DNA of 60,742 nt, the filler included, from Dimargaris cristalligena (lineage: Eukaryota), in assembly GCA_003614675.1 (NCBI GenBank). It is 7 parts of 7 records of this genome, joined end to end, with 100 filler letters (N's around TTAATTAATTAA, not from the genome) between each part and the next. Parts side by side here need not be neighbours in the genome. Positions count along the whole stretch, not along the records: positions 43,515 to 52,091 come from ML003320.1; positions 52,192 to 60,742 come from ML003321.1; 5 more parts are not named here. One strand, given 5' to 3'. Positions 46,574 to 57,893 of this stretch are shown here, piece by piece (the stretch's first letter is position 1; every line of letters begins with the position of its first letter). The notes under the pieces were generated by a model. That model worked only from the letters and a program-made list of their open reading frames with translations, did not search any database and had not been told where the DNA came from. A program made the position numbers and the translations under genes.

Positions 46574-49344
46574 ATGCTGCAGGATACGCGCGCCAACGAA
46601 GCCACTTTGGCCTTTCAGGACCGGCTCCCCCGTCTACCCGTACCAAACTTACACCAGACCGCGACCAAGTACCTCGAGTCCCTGAAACCGCTATTGACCC
46701 CCGAAGAATGGCAGCATAGCGCGGCCCAAATGGCCGATTTTATCAAACCCGGCGGCCAAGGTGAGACCCTGCAGCAACTTCTGAAGTCTTACGCGACCAC
46801 CCAACAGAATTGGCTGGATACCTGGTGGCGTCGGACCGTGTACCTGGAAAGCCGCGCCCCGCTTATGATTAACTCCAATTGCGGTATGGTGCGCACGGCC
46901 GACCCCAATCAGCCGCCGTGGGTTCCCCGTCCCCAAGATCCCTCCTCCGCCACTATGGCCGACCCATTTACACCCTTCCAGATTCACATGGTGACCCGGG
47001 CCCTGACCGAACTGCTCAACACTATGGAGCTCATCGAGAAACAGGAATACCCCGTCCAGCGGGCTGGGCCCAACCGTCCGTTATGTATGGACCAGTATTA
47101 TCGAATTTTCGGATTGACACGTATCCCGGAACATGGCTGTGACCGACTCCATTCCGAACCCCCACTTGAACTGGGCCACGTTATGGTGCTCATCAAGGGT
47201 CAATTATATAACGTTCCCATCTTGGCCGACACCCCCGAGCGGACTCGCCTGACGGAAAGCGAAATCGAGGATCAGCTGTGGAAGGTGGTCGAGGACGTTA
47301 AGCAACGCGAGCATTTGGGGCCGTCGGTGGCTATTTTGACTTCTGAGAACCGGGATGTCTGGGCTGAGGTAAGTTATCATTAACGAAACATACGCGAACG
47401 GAGAGGGTGGGGAAACCAACGTGCCATTGATGTCCACGGCATGGAGAGTGGGTGGTTCTATTGTGAAGGGAGATTGCCCTTATCCGGGTTGACTTTATTC
47501 ATGGGCCTTGGGCTTTGTCTACCAGATGAGTGTGAATGTAAAAGGTGACATGGCCTTTTTCTTTATGAGGGCACCATTAAACCAGTAGTTTACTGAAATC
47601 CATGAATTGTTTGGATTGCCAAACATCCCCACTTTATCAATACGGCTGACTGTGCGGATGTGCCAACAGCCGGAGTTCCATTGTTGTCCATAACCCACTC
47701 CCTTTCCACCCCGCCATTGGTCCATCAAGAAGTCGGTTGGTTCCCACTGATTCAGTCGGCTGGTAAACCCGGTAGAGAGAATCAAGGAGCTTTGTTGGTT
47801 CAATGATCATTAGTACCAGTGTGCGTGTATTTTTTTTCTTAGGGAGAGGGTATAGTGCAAGGCATCGAATTTGGTGTACGTGACTAATCCATTTGCCTAC
47901 GTTTACACTCGGTATGTTTGTTTGAATTCCCTACTAGGCCCGTAAGCACCTTTGTGAGCTCAGTCCCCGCAACGTAAAGAGTTTCGAGGTCATCAACAAG
48001 ACCATCATTTCCGTCTCCCTGGATGATTATGCTTGTGGGCCTACCCCCGACGCTCGCCTAGCCTACAGCTTTATGGGTCGTGGTGGTAAAAATCGTTGGT
48101 TTGACAAAACTCTGCAAGTCACGGCCGATACCCGTGGTACAGTTTCTTATAACTTTGAGGTAGGTTTGAGGTATGCGCTGCCTACATGCCTGGTACGCTG
48201 CACACTTAGCCTATTGGGTTAACTAGGAAGCGGTGATATGAACCCTTGTATAATATCATAGTTCTTGTCACGGCCTGTATTGCAAGTTAGATTGATTAGT
48301 CTCGTCCAAGCCAACCCAGCTATTACAGACGCTCATCTATTTATAGGCCTTTGACTAAACTTACTTATTCACTTTTGATTTGTTTCTTACACTGACTATA
48401 TCCGGCTGGGTGTCTGCCAACAGCACTCCCCCTGTGATGCGGTGGCACCGGGACTTGTTGTTGAGAATGGCTACAAAAGCTATGCCCCGCCAGCGCCTTC
48501 CAGTGAGCGTACCGCACACCCTTATCAGTCCATTCAACGCATCGACTTTGATACTGATAAGACCGTTCAAGATTGGATTACTCAAGCAACCGCGAGAGCC
48601 CTGGCGGCCGTTGACGAACGCAACACCTGTGTCTTTGAATTCAGCGGCTACGGCGATGACTTTGTCAAGCAGAGAGCCCGGGTTAGTCCCAATTCGTACT
48701 TACAGATGGTTTTCCAGTTGGCGTATTACCGACTCCATGGTCGGTGTGTGTCCACCTACGAGCCCTGTAGTACAATGTCGTATCGTTTAGGTCGTACGGA
48801 AACCAATCGACTGCTGACCCCCGAGGTCAAGGAGTTTGTGGAGGCCTACGTCCGTCTCGAGGAAGGGGGACCTAATGCTCCCAAGGGCCAGCAGGTCTAC
48901 CGGCTTATGTGCAAGGCCGCCGAGGTCTGTCGGCGCAACACCAGTGCCGGATCCCAGGGCCAGGGCTGCGACCGGCATCTTTTTGGACTTCGGATGGCAT
49001 ACCATACCCTTTATCACGAAACGGATGGAAGAATGGGTGCCAAGCCACCTCTTCACCCCATTTTCTCCGACCGCGCCTACGAAGTATCCAGCCGCTGGAC
49101 CATGTGTACCGCCAATATGCCCATCCTGTCCGTCAGCACGGGTACGGCCTTTGGTGCGGTGGATCCCGAGGGTGGCTACGGAGTGAGTTATATCCGGTTC
49201 CCATCCAAGTTTAGAATCAGTTTGGATGGCAAAAAACTAGGGGGGGCCAAGGTGTCGGCGTTCCAAGAGGTTATTCGCCAGACTTTGGTGGATATGGCCC
49301 GACTCTGCATGCTACAAGGCCCTCTGGTTAAGTCCAGCCTTTGA
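46574..49344 (+). CDS. Choline/carnitine O-acyltransferase (exons 46574-47368, 47938-48159, 48424-49344; ~645 aa)
   Basis: LPRLPVP, NWLDTWW, LCMDQY, RDVWA, NRWFDK, catalytic E|HSPCDA assembled across intron 2, YE...GRTE, GQGCDRHL. Both GT-AG introns are phase 0. Confidence 0.92.
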
Positions 49345-50692
49345 GTTTATCGAGTGAAGATATTAATTTAAATTCAGCTCACCTCACTGCGTTTATTCTC
49401 CCTCTCCCCCCTCCAAAAAAAAATAGGTTGCTTTAGCACAGACCTACTTGAGGACATACGTTTACAGATTTAGGTGTACATGTCGCTCACTTTGTTCATA
49501 ACACTATCCTAAATAAAGCCGACCGTCGATTGCGATGGATAGGTCAACTTTTATTCGCCATTCAAAGTGGTACCACGGTGCCATAAAGGCAGCGAATTGA
49601 CTATAAGCAGCAAATGGGAGGATTTGGTTTCACTATTCGGTCGCTTTGACTTGGATTTTGCTCGAGCCATTTTTATAGTGACTATATCTATTTGGTTGGT
49701 GGCATATCACCAATATTCCCCAGCACCATTTTTGATGTTTCAAGATACCTTTACCTGAGATTGGCTTATGTCCCGTGTATCTCTCTTTTTATTTGCACAG
49801 CGTTATTCCCTGTTTGCGTAATGCACTAGATTCTACGATGAATTTTAAATGTTTATATTTATGTGTTTCATCAACAGCTGAATGTTATATACGACCCTTA
49901 ATTACGGAGGAGTAGTGAAACGTGGGCCATTGGATCGTTCTTACCGACCTACTTAAATACCTGTTCAAAGACCCCGTGACAATCATCCCGGCAAGTAATT
50001 CAGTTATGGCCATACCAGATCAACTGTGTATTATAGCCAAATTAAGTCTAATGGCTACCACAGTTGTGTTTCGGATGGGTGGCATTACTCTCAGGTAGAA
50101 TCCAACCTCTGAGGAATCCAACATGCCCCAAGCAATTCGCGGGAAATGATAGCCATGTAACGTTGATATCTGAAAATCTAGGAAAGGGGCCTGGGGATAA
50201 GAGACATATGGGTGTTGTGGAGTAGCTAGCTAGTAGAATCGGGGCTTGGCCATATTGGGGTATCTATTTACAAAAAAAAAAGTTTGCTAGGGCGAGTTAA
50301 TAGTTTACAAGGTGGTCTGTAAATGAATGATATGAGCCTAGTGAGCGTTAGACCTGCCGAGAATAGTACCAAACAACCTTATACTATTAAGGCCGATAGT
50401 ATGCATGATCTCTTTAGAAAGGAAATTCTCTTAGTACTTTGAGGTTCAACTTTTATCCAGTGAAGCAGTTATGGCAGACTTACCTACTATAATATGGGTA
50501 CACTGATTCTAAAGTGGTGGCCAAAGTTCCCCCGATACCTCACTGGGCAACTACCGACCAAACTGCCTTTTGCTAGGAGTTTCCAAAGGACCATTTTCCA
50601 ATTCCCTAAAATTCACGAATACAATTGATCATTGCCCATTCAGGTTTGCATTATATTTGCTTCTCTGTCTTTTTTAACTGAATCTTATAACC

Positions 50693-51700
50693 ATGGCTAG
50701 CGCTGCGCGTGCGTCGCTTCGTTTCCGTGGCCCAATCGCCCGTTTGAGCCAAGTAGTTCTCGGCGGTGGCCTACTTGGCTATGGGTACTACGGCATTTAC
50801 GCACCCTGGGCCGATCCCCGCAAGGTACCTAATGAGCTAGATCCCGATTATTTTCGGCCATTTACCCTCATTGACCGCCGTGAGCTTACGAGCAACACGG
50901 CCTTACTCCGATTTCGTTTCCGGCCCACCCCCGCGATCCCTTGCATCCCGACCGTAGGGGCCGTTGATGTGAAGGATCCCAATATCCAAGTCAAACGTCC
51001 CTTTACTCCCATTCACACCCAGTGGGTCCATGCCGATCTACAACTGCCGTCCCCCAATGAACCAAGCCGGCCGGCTTCCGGTCCCACCGATTTCGAACTC
51101 TTGGTCAAGCGCTACCCCCATGCCTCCGTTTCGCAGGTGTTGCACCACACCTCGGTGGGCGATACTGCCGAAATCCGCGGCCCCATCATGCATTGGCCTT
51201 ACCAGCCCAACCGCTGGGGTCATATAGCAATGATCGCAGGCGGCACTGGTATTACCCCAATGTTCCAACTGCTGGAAACCATCTTAACCAACCCCAACGA
51301 CCGAACCCGGATAAGTCTAATCTTCAGCAACCGGACAGAACGGGATATCCCCCTTCAAGCTGAATTAGAAAAGATACAGGCCCGGTACCCTGAGCGATTT
51401 CAACTGACCCTGACCATCGACCGCCGAGTAACAACGGATCAGACAATACCCCCATGGGCACCTCCTGGGTCTTTGGGCGATAATAAGCCATCCGATCCAT
51501 ACGTAGGGCTACTATCGCGGGATTTTTTGGTTAGCCGTTTGCCTCCTGCCAAGCAAGACGATGCCATTGTATTGGTTTCGGGGCCACCTGGTATGATGAA
51601 AAATGTGTGCGGTGAACGGACCACTGATTGGGAACAGGGCCCAGTCACTGGCATTCTTCGGGAGTTGGGCTATACCGGCGTAAACGTGCACAAGTTTTAA
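50693..51700 (+). CDS. NADH-cytochrome b5 reductase family flavoprotein, probably mitochondrial (CYC2/MCR1-like)
   Basis: Arg-rich presequence plus a TM segment. Motifs RPFTP, LLVKRYP, MIAGGTGITPMFQ, SGPPGMM, QGPVTGILRELGY. Confidence 0.9.
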   Translation: MASAARASLRFRGPIARLSQVVLGGGLLGYGYYGIYAPWADPRKVPNELDPDYFRPFTLIDRRELTSNTALLRFRFRPTPAIPCIPTVGAVDVKDPNIQVKRPFTPIHTQWVHADLQLPSPNEPSRPASGPTDFELLVKRYPHASVSQVLHHTSVGDTAEIRGPIMHWPYQPNRWGHIAMIAGGTGITPMFQLLETILTNPNDRTRISLIFSNRTERDIPLQAELEKIQARYPERFQLTLTIDRRVTTDQTIPPWAPPGSLGDNKPSDPYVGLLSRDFLVSRLPPAKQDDAIVLVSGPPGMMKNVCGERTTDWEQGPVTGILRELGYTGVNVHKF

Positions 51701-52091
51701 AGTAAGCCATAGGTAACCCGAACTTCTATCTACGACCCATTTACTAGCGTACGTCTTTTTTATTATTATTATATATTTTTAGTTTCGTTTTTGTAAATAA
51801 TAGTTAATTAGAAAGCCGATGGAAACTTGGCAAAAACCAATTAAAAATAAAACATTGAGCCGATCAAAACAGCACATAGTAGAGAACATCAGTATCGCCC
51901 CTCCTAATCCGACCTAATCCGTCCGCTAAATGATTGCCATCATAGCAGACCATATGGCGCCATATTGTACCCCCGGTCCTAATGGGGCCGGACATCATAT
52001 ATATCATCTCACCGGCTGGACCCCCCTGGAGTTCACACTACTCACTCCTAGGTGATCTTAGTGTCTTCCAGTTCCCATGGAAGCCTCCGCT

Positions 52092-52191
52092 NNNNNNNNN
52101 NNNNNNNNNNNNNNNNNNNNNNNNNNNNNNNNNNNTTAATTAATTAANNNNNNNNNNNNNNNNNNNNNNNNNNNNNNNNNNNNNNNNNNNN
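52092..52191. other. Artificial contig linker
   Basis: N44-TTAATTAATTAA-N44. Confidence 0.98.
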
Positions 52192-52240
52192 GGGAAAATC
52201 GGTGGGATGTTTATTTTCAACCAGTAGTATTTGCCTCATC

Positions 52241-52386
52241 ATATGGATGAAATTCAAACCAGCTGTATAAGGTTGTACATAATATATGTATGGGCGAATA
52301 TATGTGAGAATAGCTTTTAACCAGTAATATTGGCCGCATCCAATGGATTTTTCATTATACAGCCTGAATGAACTTCTCCCATATTA
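52241..52386 (-). repeat. 'WEKF' family copy C
   Basis: Reverse complement closely matches 26345-26489. It shares the same TAA, and its donor GT has become CT. Confidence 0.65.
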
Positions 52387-52614
52387 TAGGGTAGCCCCCT
52401 TTTGTTAAGCAATTGAAGATACGGGCAAACTAGCTCACCTAGCTTCCGCATTCCCCCCTTTCTTTTCGTTTACTTTTTTTCGGTGACGCCATCATTCCAA
52501 CTCCGCTTAATCTTCCAGCATTGGCTCGTTCCAACGGCTGCATTGGCTAACTTTCGACTTCATTCCACCGTATAACTGTCTCGTCATTCCAGTTCCTCCA
52601 TTTGTGTTCTACCC

Positions 52615-55600
52615 ATGACTGTCGATCCGACCCTCAACCAACACCAGGCGGCCATTAGTGGCACTGACACCAAGGTTCGTTTCACTTTTTTCTTATTAAA
52701 AAATTTAAAATATATAAATATATTAAAAAACGATATCCCTATGTAGTTCGGAGGCCAGCCGGCCATCGCCCACCCTTGGCCTCTCCTACACCTACGGTTT
52801 GGTAACTAGACCACATAGTTTTCGCTAGCAGTCACTTAACTCGCTCGATTGTATCTAATAGCCCGGTATTTTCCTCCTCACACCCTCTGTCGCCCACTCC
52901 TTCAACTCTTTGATTATTGTGGCTGACTTCCCGTCCGCGTAGACCGCTCCCCCGATTCGTCCTTTGACCGGGCTCTCGGGGGCCGTATTTGCCTGCGATC
53001 TGGCCCTTTTCAACCCGGCCGCAGCCAGCCCTGAACCCGATTCCACTCTACGGTCCTGCCTCACGGCCATTAAAAACGCTATATTATTCGATATTCGCCT
53101 GAATCATAATCATGTTTACGGACTCTTCTTCTATCGCCTGGTAAGTATCCAAGTCGCCTATTTCCCCCCTACATACACTAGTATTGAATGCTTTGCAATC
53201 CGTGGTTTAATACATATTACTACTGATCCGGAGGGTAATCGGGTTCGATGGCCGTAGAATCCGGTCGGTTGGTTAAGTTTAGGCGAAATGCCGAGTATTT
53301 CTTGGCGTGGTTGTTGTTGTTGGTATTAACCCTTCCTTATACGGCACCCATTATCGGCTCTTCCTTTTGCTATAGACCGGCCATGATGGTGGTACCCAGT
53401 GGCAGGTATCCGAAGTCATGCCCTTTGGGCAGCTCAGTCTCAGTCAACTAGACCAGCTCGATGTCGGCATTCAAGGTAAATATTTGATCAGTCTATAGGA
53501 TTTTATTCTATTCTACCGCAACACCCGTAGGAGTTCATTCGGACCAGCTTTAAGGGGAATTAAAGGGCGGAGCCAAACAGACCAGGGCCCAAGGTCGATT
53601 GGTTAACGGCTGTTTATTTTTGTCGGGTCGATTTATTTAATGCCCGATAGATCCTCGTTCATTTATCCAGGCGGCCGAGGCCAATCTGCAACCGCTGTCC
53701 GATGAAAACTTCCACGATTATATGAGGCGTCGGGCTGATTCAGGGTAAATACTACTTTGCATTGGTTGAATGGTTCTATTGGGTTGGCTAGGCTGTCTCT
53801 AGCCGATGGCACCTCCCCGTACGCATCATTGTGCTTATCGCTAATTATCTCGTATTGATCCAGTGAACCCACAGACAATATTCATAGGGCCCTTTTGCTA
53901 ACCTAGACTCTGTGAGTTCCAGTATCTTTCTTTTAATATATATATATATATATATACCCGTGGGTGCCTGTATGCTTAGTCCCAAACCGGTCGACGCCTG
54001 TAGGGTGTTTGTCATTTCCTCCCAATCCACCGCCACCATCCGTAACTGGACATCTCCCCGACACGAATCCGACGCTGAGACAGGAAGAACCACTTTGCCC
54101 AACATTTCCTGCTACCCTTTTACCTACACTTACGCGTCTGATCCCAAATCCAGCCCCAAGGTAATTAGCGATGCTGAGCAGGTTACTCTCGGGCCATTAT
54201 ATATTATAGCTAAGTGACGGGACATATATGTTATTATTTTGTTTCGGATATATCTAAAATCGGCTATTATATACTGGGCTGCTTGCACCATACCTTATGA
54301 TTGTCAGACTATGAACGAGTTTGATGACTGGGAACAGCTTGCTGGGCGACTGCAGGATCGGATGCCGAACTTGCACCCGAATAAAGGAAAATGGACCATC
54401 GGGGAGGACCTTTCAATGAACATTGTATGGTAAGTAACGGACCGGAATTCTATTACGCTGGGTGCATTTCCATAGTTATTGTAGAAATCGATATGGTTGA
54501 ACGTAGCTTATTTTGTTTTCTCGATTTTTTTTATATAAAAAATATATATCTGGTTAGATTTGGATATATTTCGTATTTTTCCCTATAATAATATTTCCTG
54601 TACAAAAATGATTTCAATGTAACCTTCGATTTCATACTCACCACCGCTTCCCCTTTTTGCATGGTTGTATTCATAATAGGTACCGTACTGTTCGAAGCAC
54701 CAAGCCTATTGCCGCCGAATATGTCGCCGATTCCGAGCTGGCTCTTCACCAAACCAAAAAGAGTCTGGAGTACATTGAAAAGGTACGTCTCTCTTTCTCA
54801 TTCGGGTAGCCTTAGTAAGCCGTGGCTAATAGCATTTTTATAGCTCCCATTTTGGGTGATTCAAACCCAGCAACTGGCGTAAAATTAATCGTGAATATAT
54901 GATGGAATGATGCCTGTTATTATATATATATATATCTCTCTCTTATAGAGCACGGGAACAGAAGTAGCTAAAAACCAGGTCGCGCGTTGTTACGATTTTG
55001 GTCTGAAGAAGGTAAGCCTCGATGTATATAAATATATTGACCAACTGGATTAGATGCCATCTTTTTTGGGGCCTAGAATGTCTTAATTTTTCGACCTGGG
55101 GGTACAAAATCGGGGGGCCCTACTTTAATAGCCCGCATATTTTTACGAACTAGTGGTATTCACCCTTCTTTGCACCTAACCCTTTTGATTTGGTATAGCT
55201 AATCGTCGAGCCCGAGGCTATGGTTGTTTTAACGGGCGATTTGTCCCATAGTAAGTCATTCCCTAGTAAAACAAATGCTGTCAGCGCTGCTCTCATCTCG
55301 CCTTGCAGCTCGGTTTTTATTATTCACCATGGCAAAGCCTGCGGTATCTCGCCCTCCTCCTCCATTCTAAATTCCAGCTAACCCCATTGAATTCTTTGTG
55401 GGTGATTCTCTAATGGCTGCCCGTCTCGCTTCTCTAATGGGGTGGTAATATATACTCAATATTTTACCAGGGTTCCGGGTATGTGGATTCCTGCCCCGCG
55501 ATTCTTTTGATATGACCCGCCGGGTCGGAGATCCAGTGTATATAGTGCCTAGTCTCAAGGTAGGTCATATAGCTCAGTATCGGTTTGCATTTGAGCTTTG

Positions 55601-57039
55601 TTCCTGTCGGGCTTGCTATCATGGCCGGAAGCGTCATCCGTCAAAACATTTTGGTATTGAGCCCGTTATAGTCCAACACGCCGCTGACCCTTCATCATCT
55701 TAGACCGACAATTCACTCCCCCATAGTTTATCGGTATTTGATTCGTCTGGGCTGCTCGATTCCTAACCATGTCTATTGAAATTACTATTACTATTACTAT
55801 TGCTATTACCCTTACTCATATTATGACTGCTGTCGCAGTGCCCCGAAAGCAATCGACTATTCCGGGCGTTCCACCGGCAAATGACACAACTCAACCGCCT
55901 GGCCGTGGGCTATCAGATGGGACTCCATACCAGGTGGCCCAAACTGGTGGTGTACCTAGCCGAGCCCGCTGAGCCGGAATCGTCCGACCACTGGGGTCAT
56001 CCATCCCATATCACGGTATTGCCGATAGCCAGCAGTGACGAAACCCGGGCCCATCCCCTGGAAACGTCCCAAAGGGGTAAGTGCCTATATAATAAACAGA
56101 ATGGGTGAGAACAATGGGTACCTATTTGTTTCCCCACTCCCCCTACTCGGTTTGGCTCTAGACTGTATCAAGATGGTGACGTAGCAACCCCACACGTCAT
56201 CGCATCCCTCGTAATGTGGACCTCCTGACCCTATGTTTATATATGTTTAACCAACTCCGATTGGGTTCATTTTACCTTTGCAATACCTTTTGGATGCTTG
56301 GAACTTGTGTCTGTTCACCACCATTAGACAAGTATAAGCAGTTGAACCTTGGGGATACCCCGGACAAATTCGGCACTATTATCGATGCTTTAAAGAGCCC
56401 AGGACCGTATACTCCCAATCAGACTGAGGATCCTTGTAAGTTGCTCCACTATAATCCAGAAAAAATAGGAGGGAGGGAAAGGAGGGGAATAATATTCCTG
56501 TGACCATTCTTCCCTTAATTATACACTATTATCGGGTTGGGGATTTTGAGAAGTTTCACATTTATATTTATATTTTTATTACTCATTCTCACTAACCACA
56601 TCCCACACACCGTATATTCTTGGGTATATGGGGTTATATTGTTTTTTGGTTAGGTTTGGCGACCCACTATGAGCGGTTCTTGAATATCGCACGGGGCCAA
56701 CCCGGCAGCCCAACCGACTTCTACTCACCCCTCCTCCCAACCCCGGGGGCCCTGGGTGTAAGTAAATTTATCAGGTCTCCTTGAAAGAAGGGTCGCTATG
56801 TGTGTGTGTGTGTGTGTGGATGATGGAAGTCAGCCAGATTAGCCATAAAATGGTGAGGGACAGCACCGTTAGAATATTCGAACATTGGCGGACTCGTCAA
56901 TATGAGAAACATGCCTAATTTTGAATCGATCTCTTTAATCATTGTTATGCCCAAACACCTGCAGTCCGTCCAAGGCGAGGTTGAAAGTATCATGGCTAGT
57001 CTTTCGACTCTAAGGGACGCCAAGCGTAAACATGCTTAG
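52615..57039 (+). CDS. Highly divergent, intron-rich Ku70-like gene (vWA + Ku core + arm, no SAP; ~544 aa), possibly disrupted by one TAG
   Basis: Manually built, phase-consistent GT-AG exon chain: 52615-52674, 52943-53140, 53376-53475, 53651-53744, 53864-53911, 53980-54160, 54308-54429, 54680-54782, 54949-55011, 55199-55250, 55471-55559, 55839-56076, 56328-56435, 56654-56757, 56965-57039. The translation is colinear with Ku70: AVFACD; RVFVIS; WTIGEDLSMNIVWY; VARCYDFG; FRVCGFLP..VYIVP; SNRLFRAF..LAVG..PKLVVY..VLPIASSDETR; TIIDALK..YTP..EDPCLATHY. The 5' exons are uncertain. Confidence 0.8.
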
Positions 57040-57893
57040 TCATCCGGATGCGCTTAATTCGGGTTATATGGCGGATCAACGTCATCATGGTTCTTAGTTA
57101 TTTAGTAGCACTCATTGAAAATCGAATAAAGGAGTCTTAATTAGGTGTGGATGGGGGAAGAGTGGCGCCGCAGTGGCCCAGTTGGAAGGAACCACCCCAC
57201 CAGCTGTATATTTACGTATAGCCTAGCACTGGCTGGTCTCAGAATCAGCGAAGGGTTTCACCGAACAGAAGAGGTAGTAATGGCAATAATCGAGGACAAA
57301 GACGACTGCGGTGGTGCTTTTGGTGTGATGGAGATTCTCTTCCGTATTATTGGCTGGGTCGGGCGGGATCGGAAGAATTCCCGGGCCGGCTAAACTGTCA
57401 CTTCGCAAGGTATTATTGGGGCTCGGTTCTGTACGACCGAAGCGCTGCGGACGATCTGCGACCCCGTCCGTCCGGTGTTTAGGGCTAAAGTACCCTACAG
57501 CCACTATTGTCTGCGCTCGGATTGATGAAATTTAAAGACTGCGTTAAACCCTTCTTCGTTTCACCTTCACCTTCACATACACATACACACACACACACAC
57601 ACTGACCGACATACATATATTTATTCCCAGCTCTGGGCTTCCTTTCTCTTGTTCAAGCCTCATTGACAATTCTTCCAGATAACTAACCCTGCCCAGTCCA
57701 CGCAATAAGCCAAGCCCAATACACACACACCTTTTGTCTGCTGCTAGTCGTCACAGCTCACTTTTCGCTATATTTAAGAACGAGTAGAGCTCTCCCTCTT
57801 GGACCGACCATAACCCCATTGCACTTGCTAATTGACCCCCCTTTTGTTTAGTCCACCCCTGCCATTTATAATTTTTACCACCCCAACTTGACC

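Noticed and set aside
52747-52801. Extra exon candidate in the Ku70-like gene (FGGQPAIAHPWPLLHLRF)
   Set aside because: It has AG/GT ends but finishes in phase 1, while the next exon starts in phase 0. Left out of the model, so the 5' structure is unresolved.
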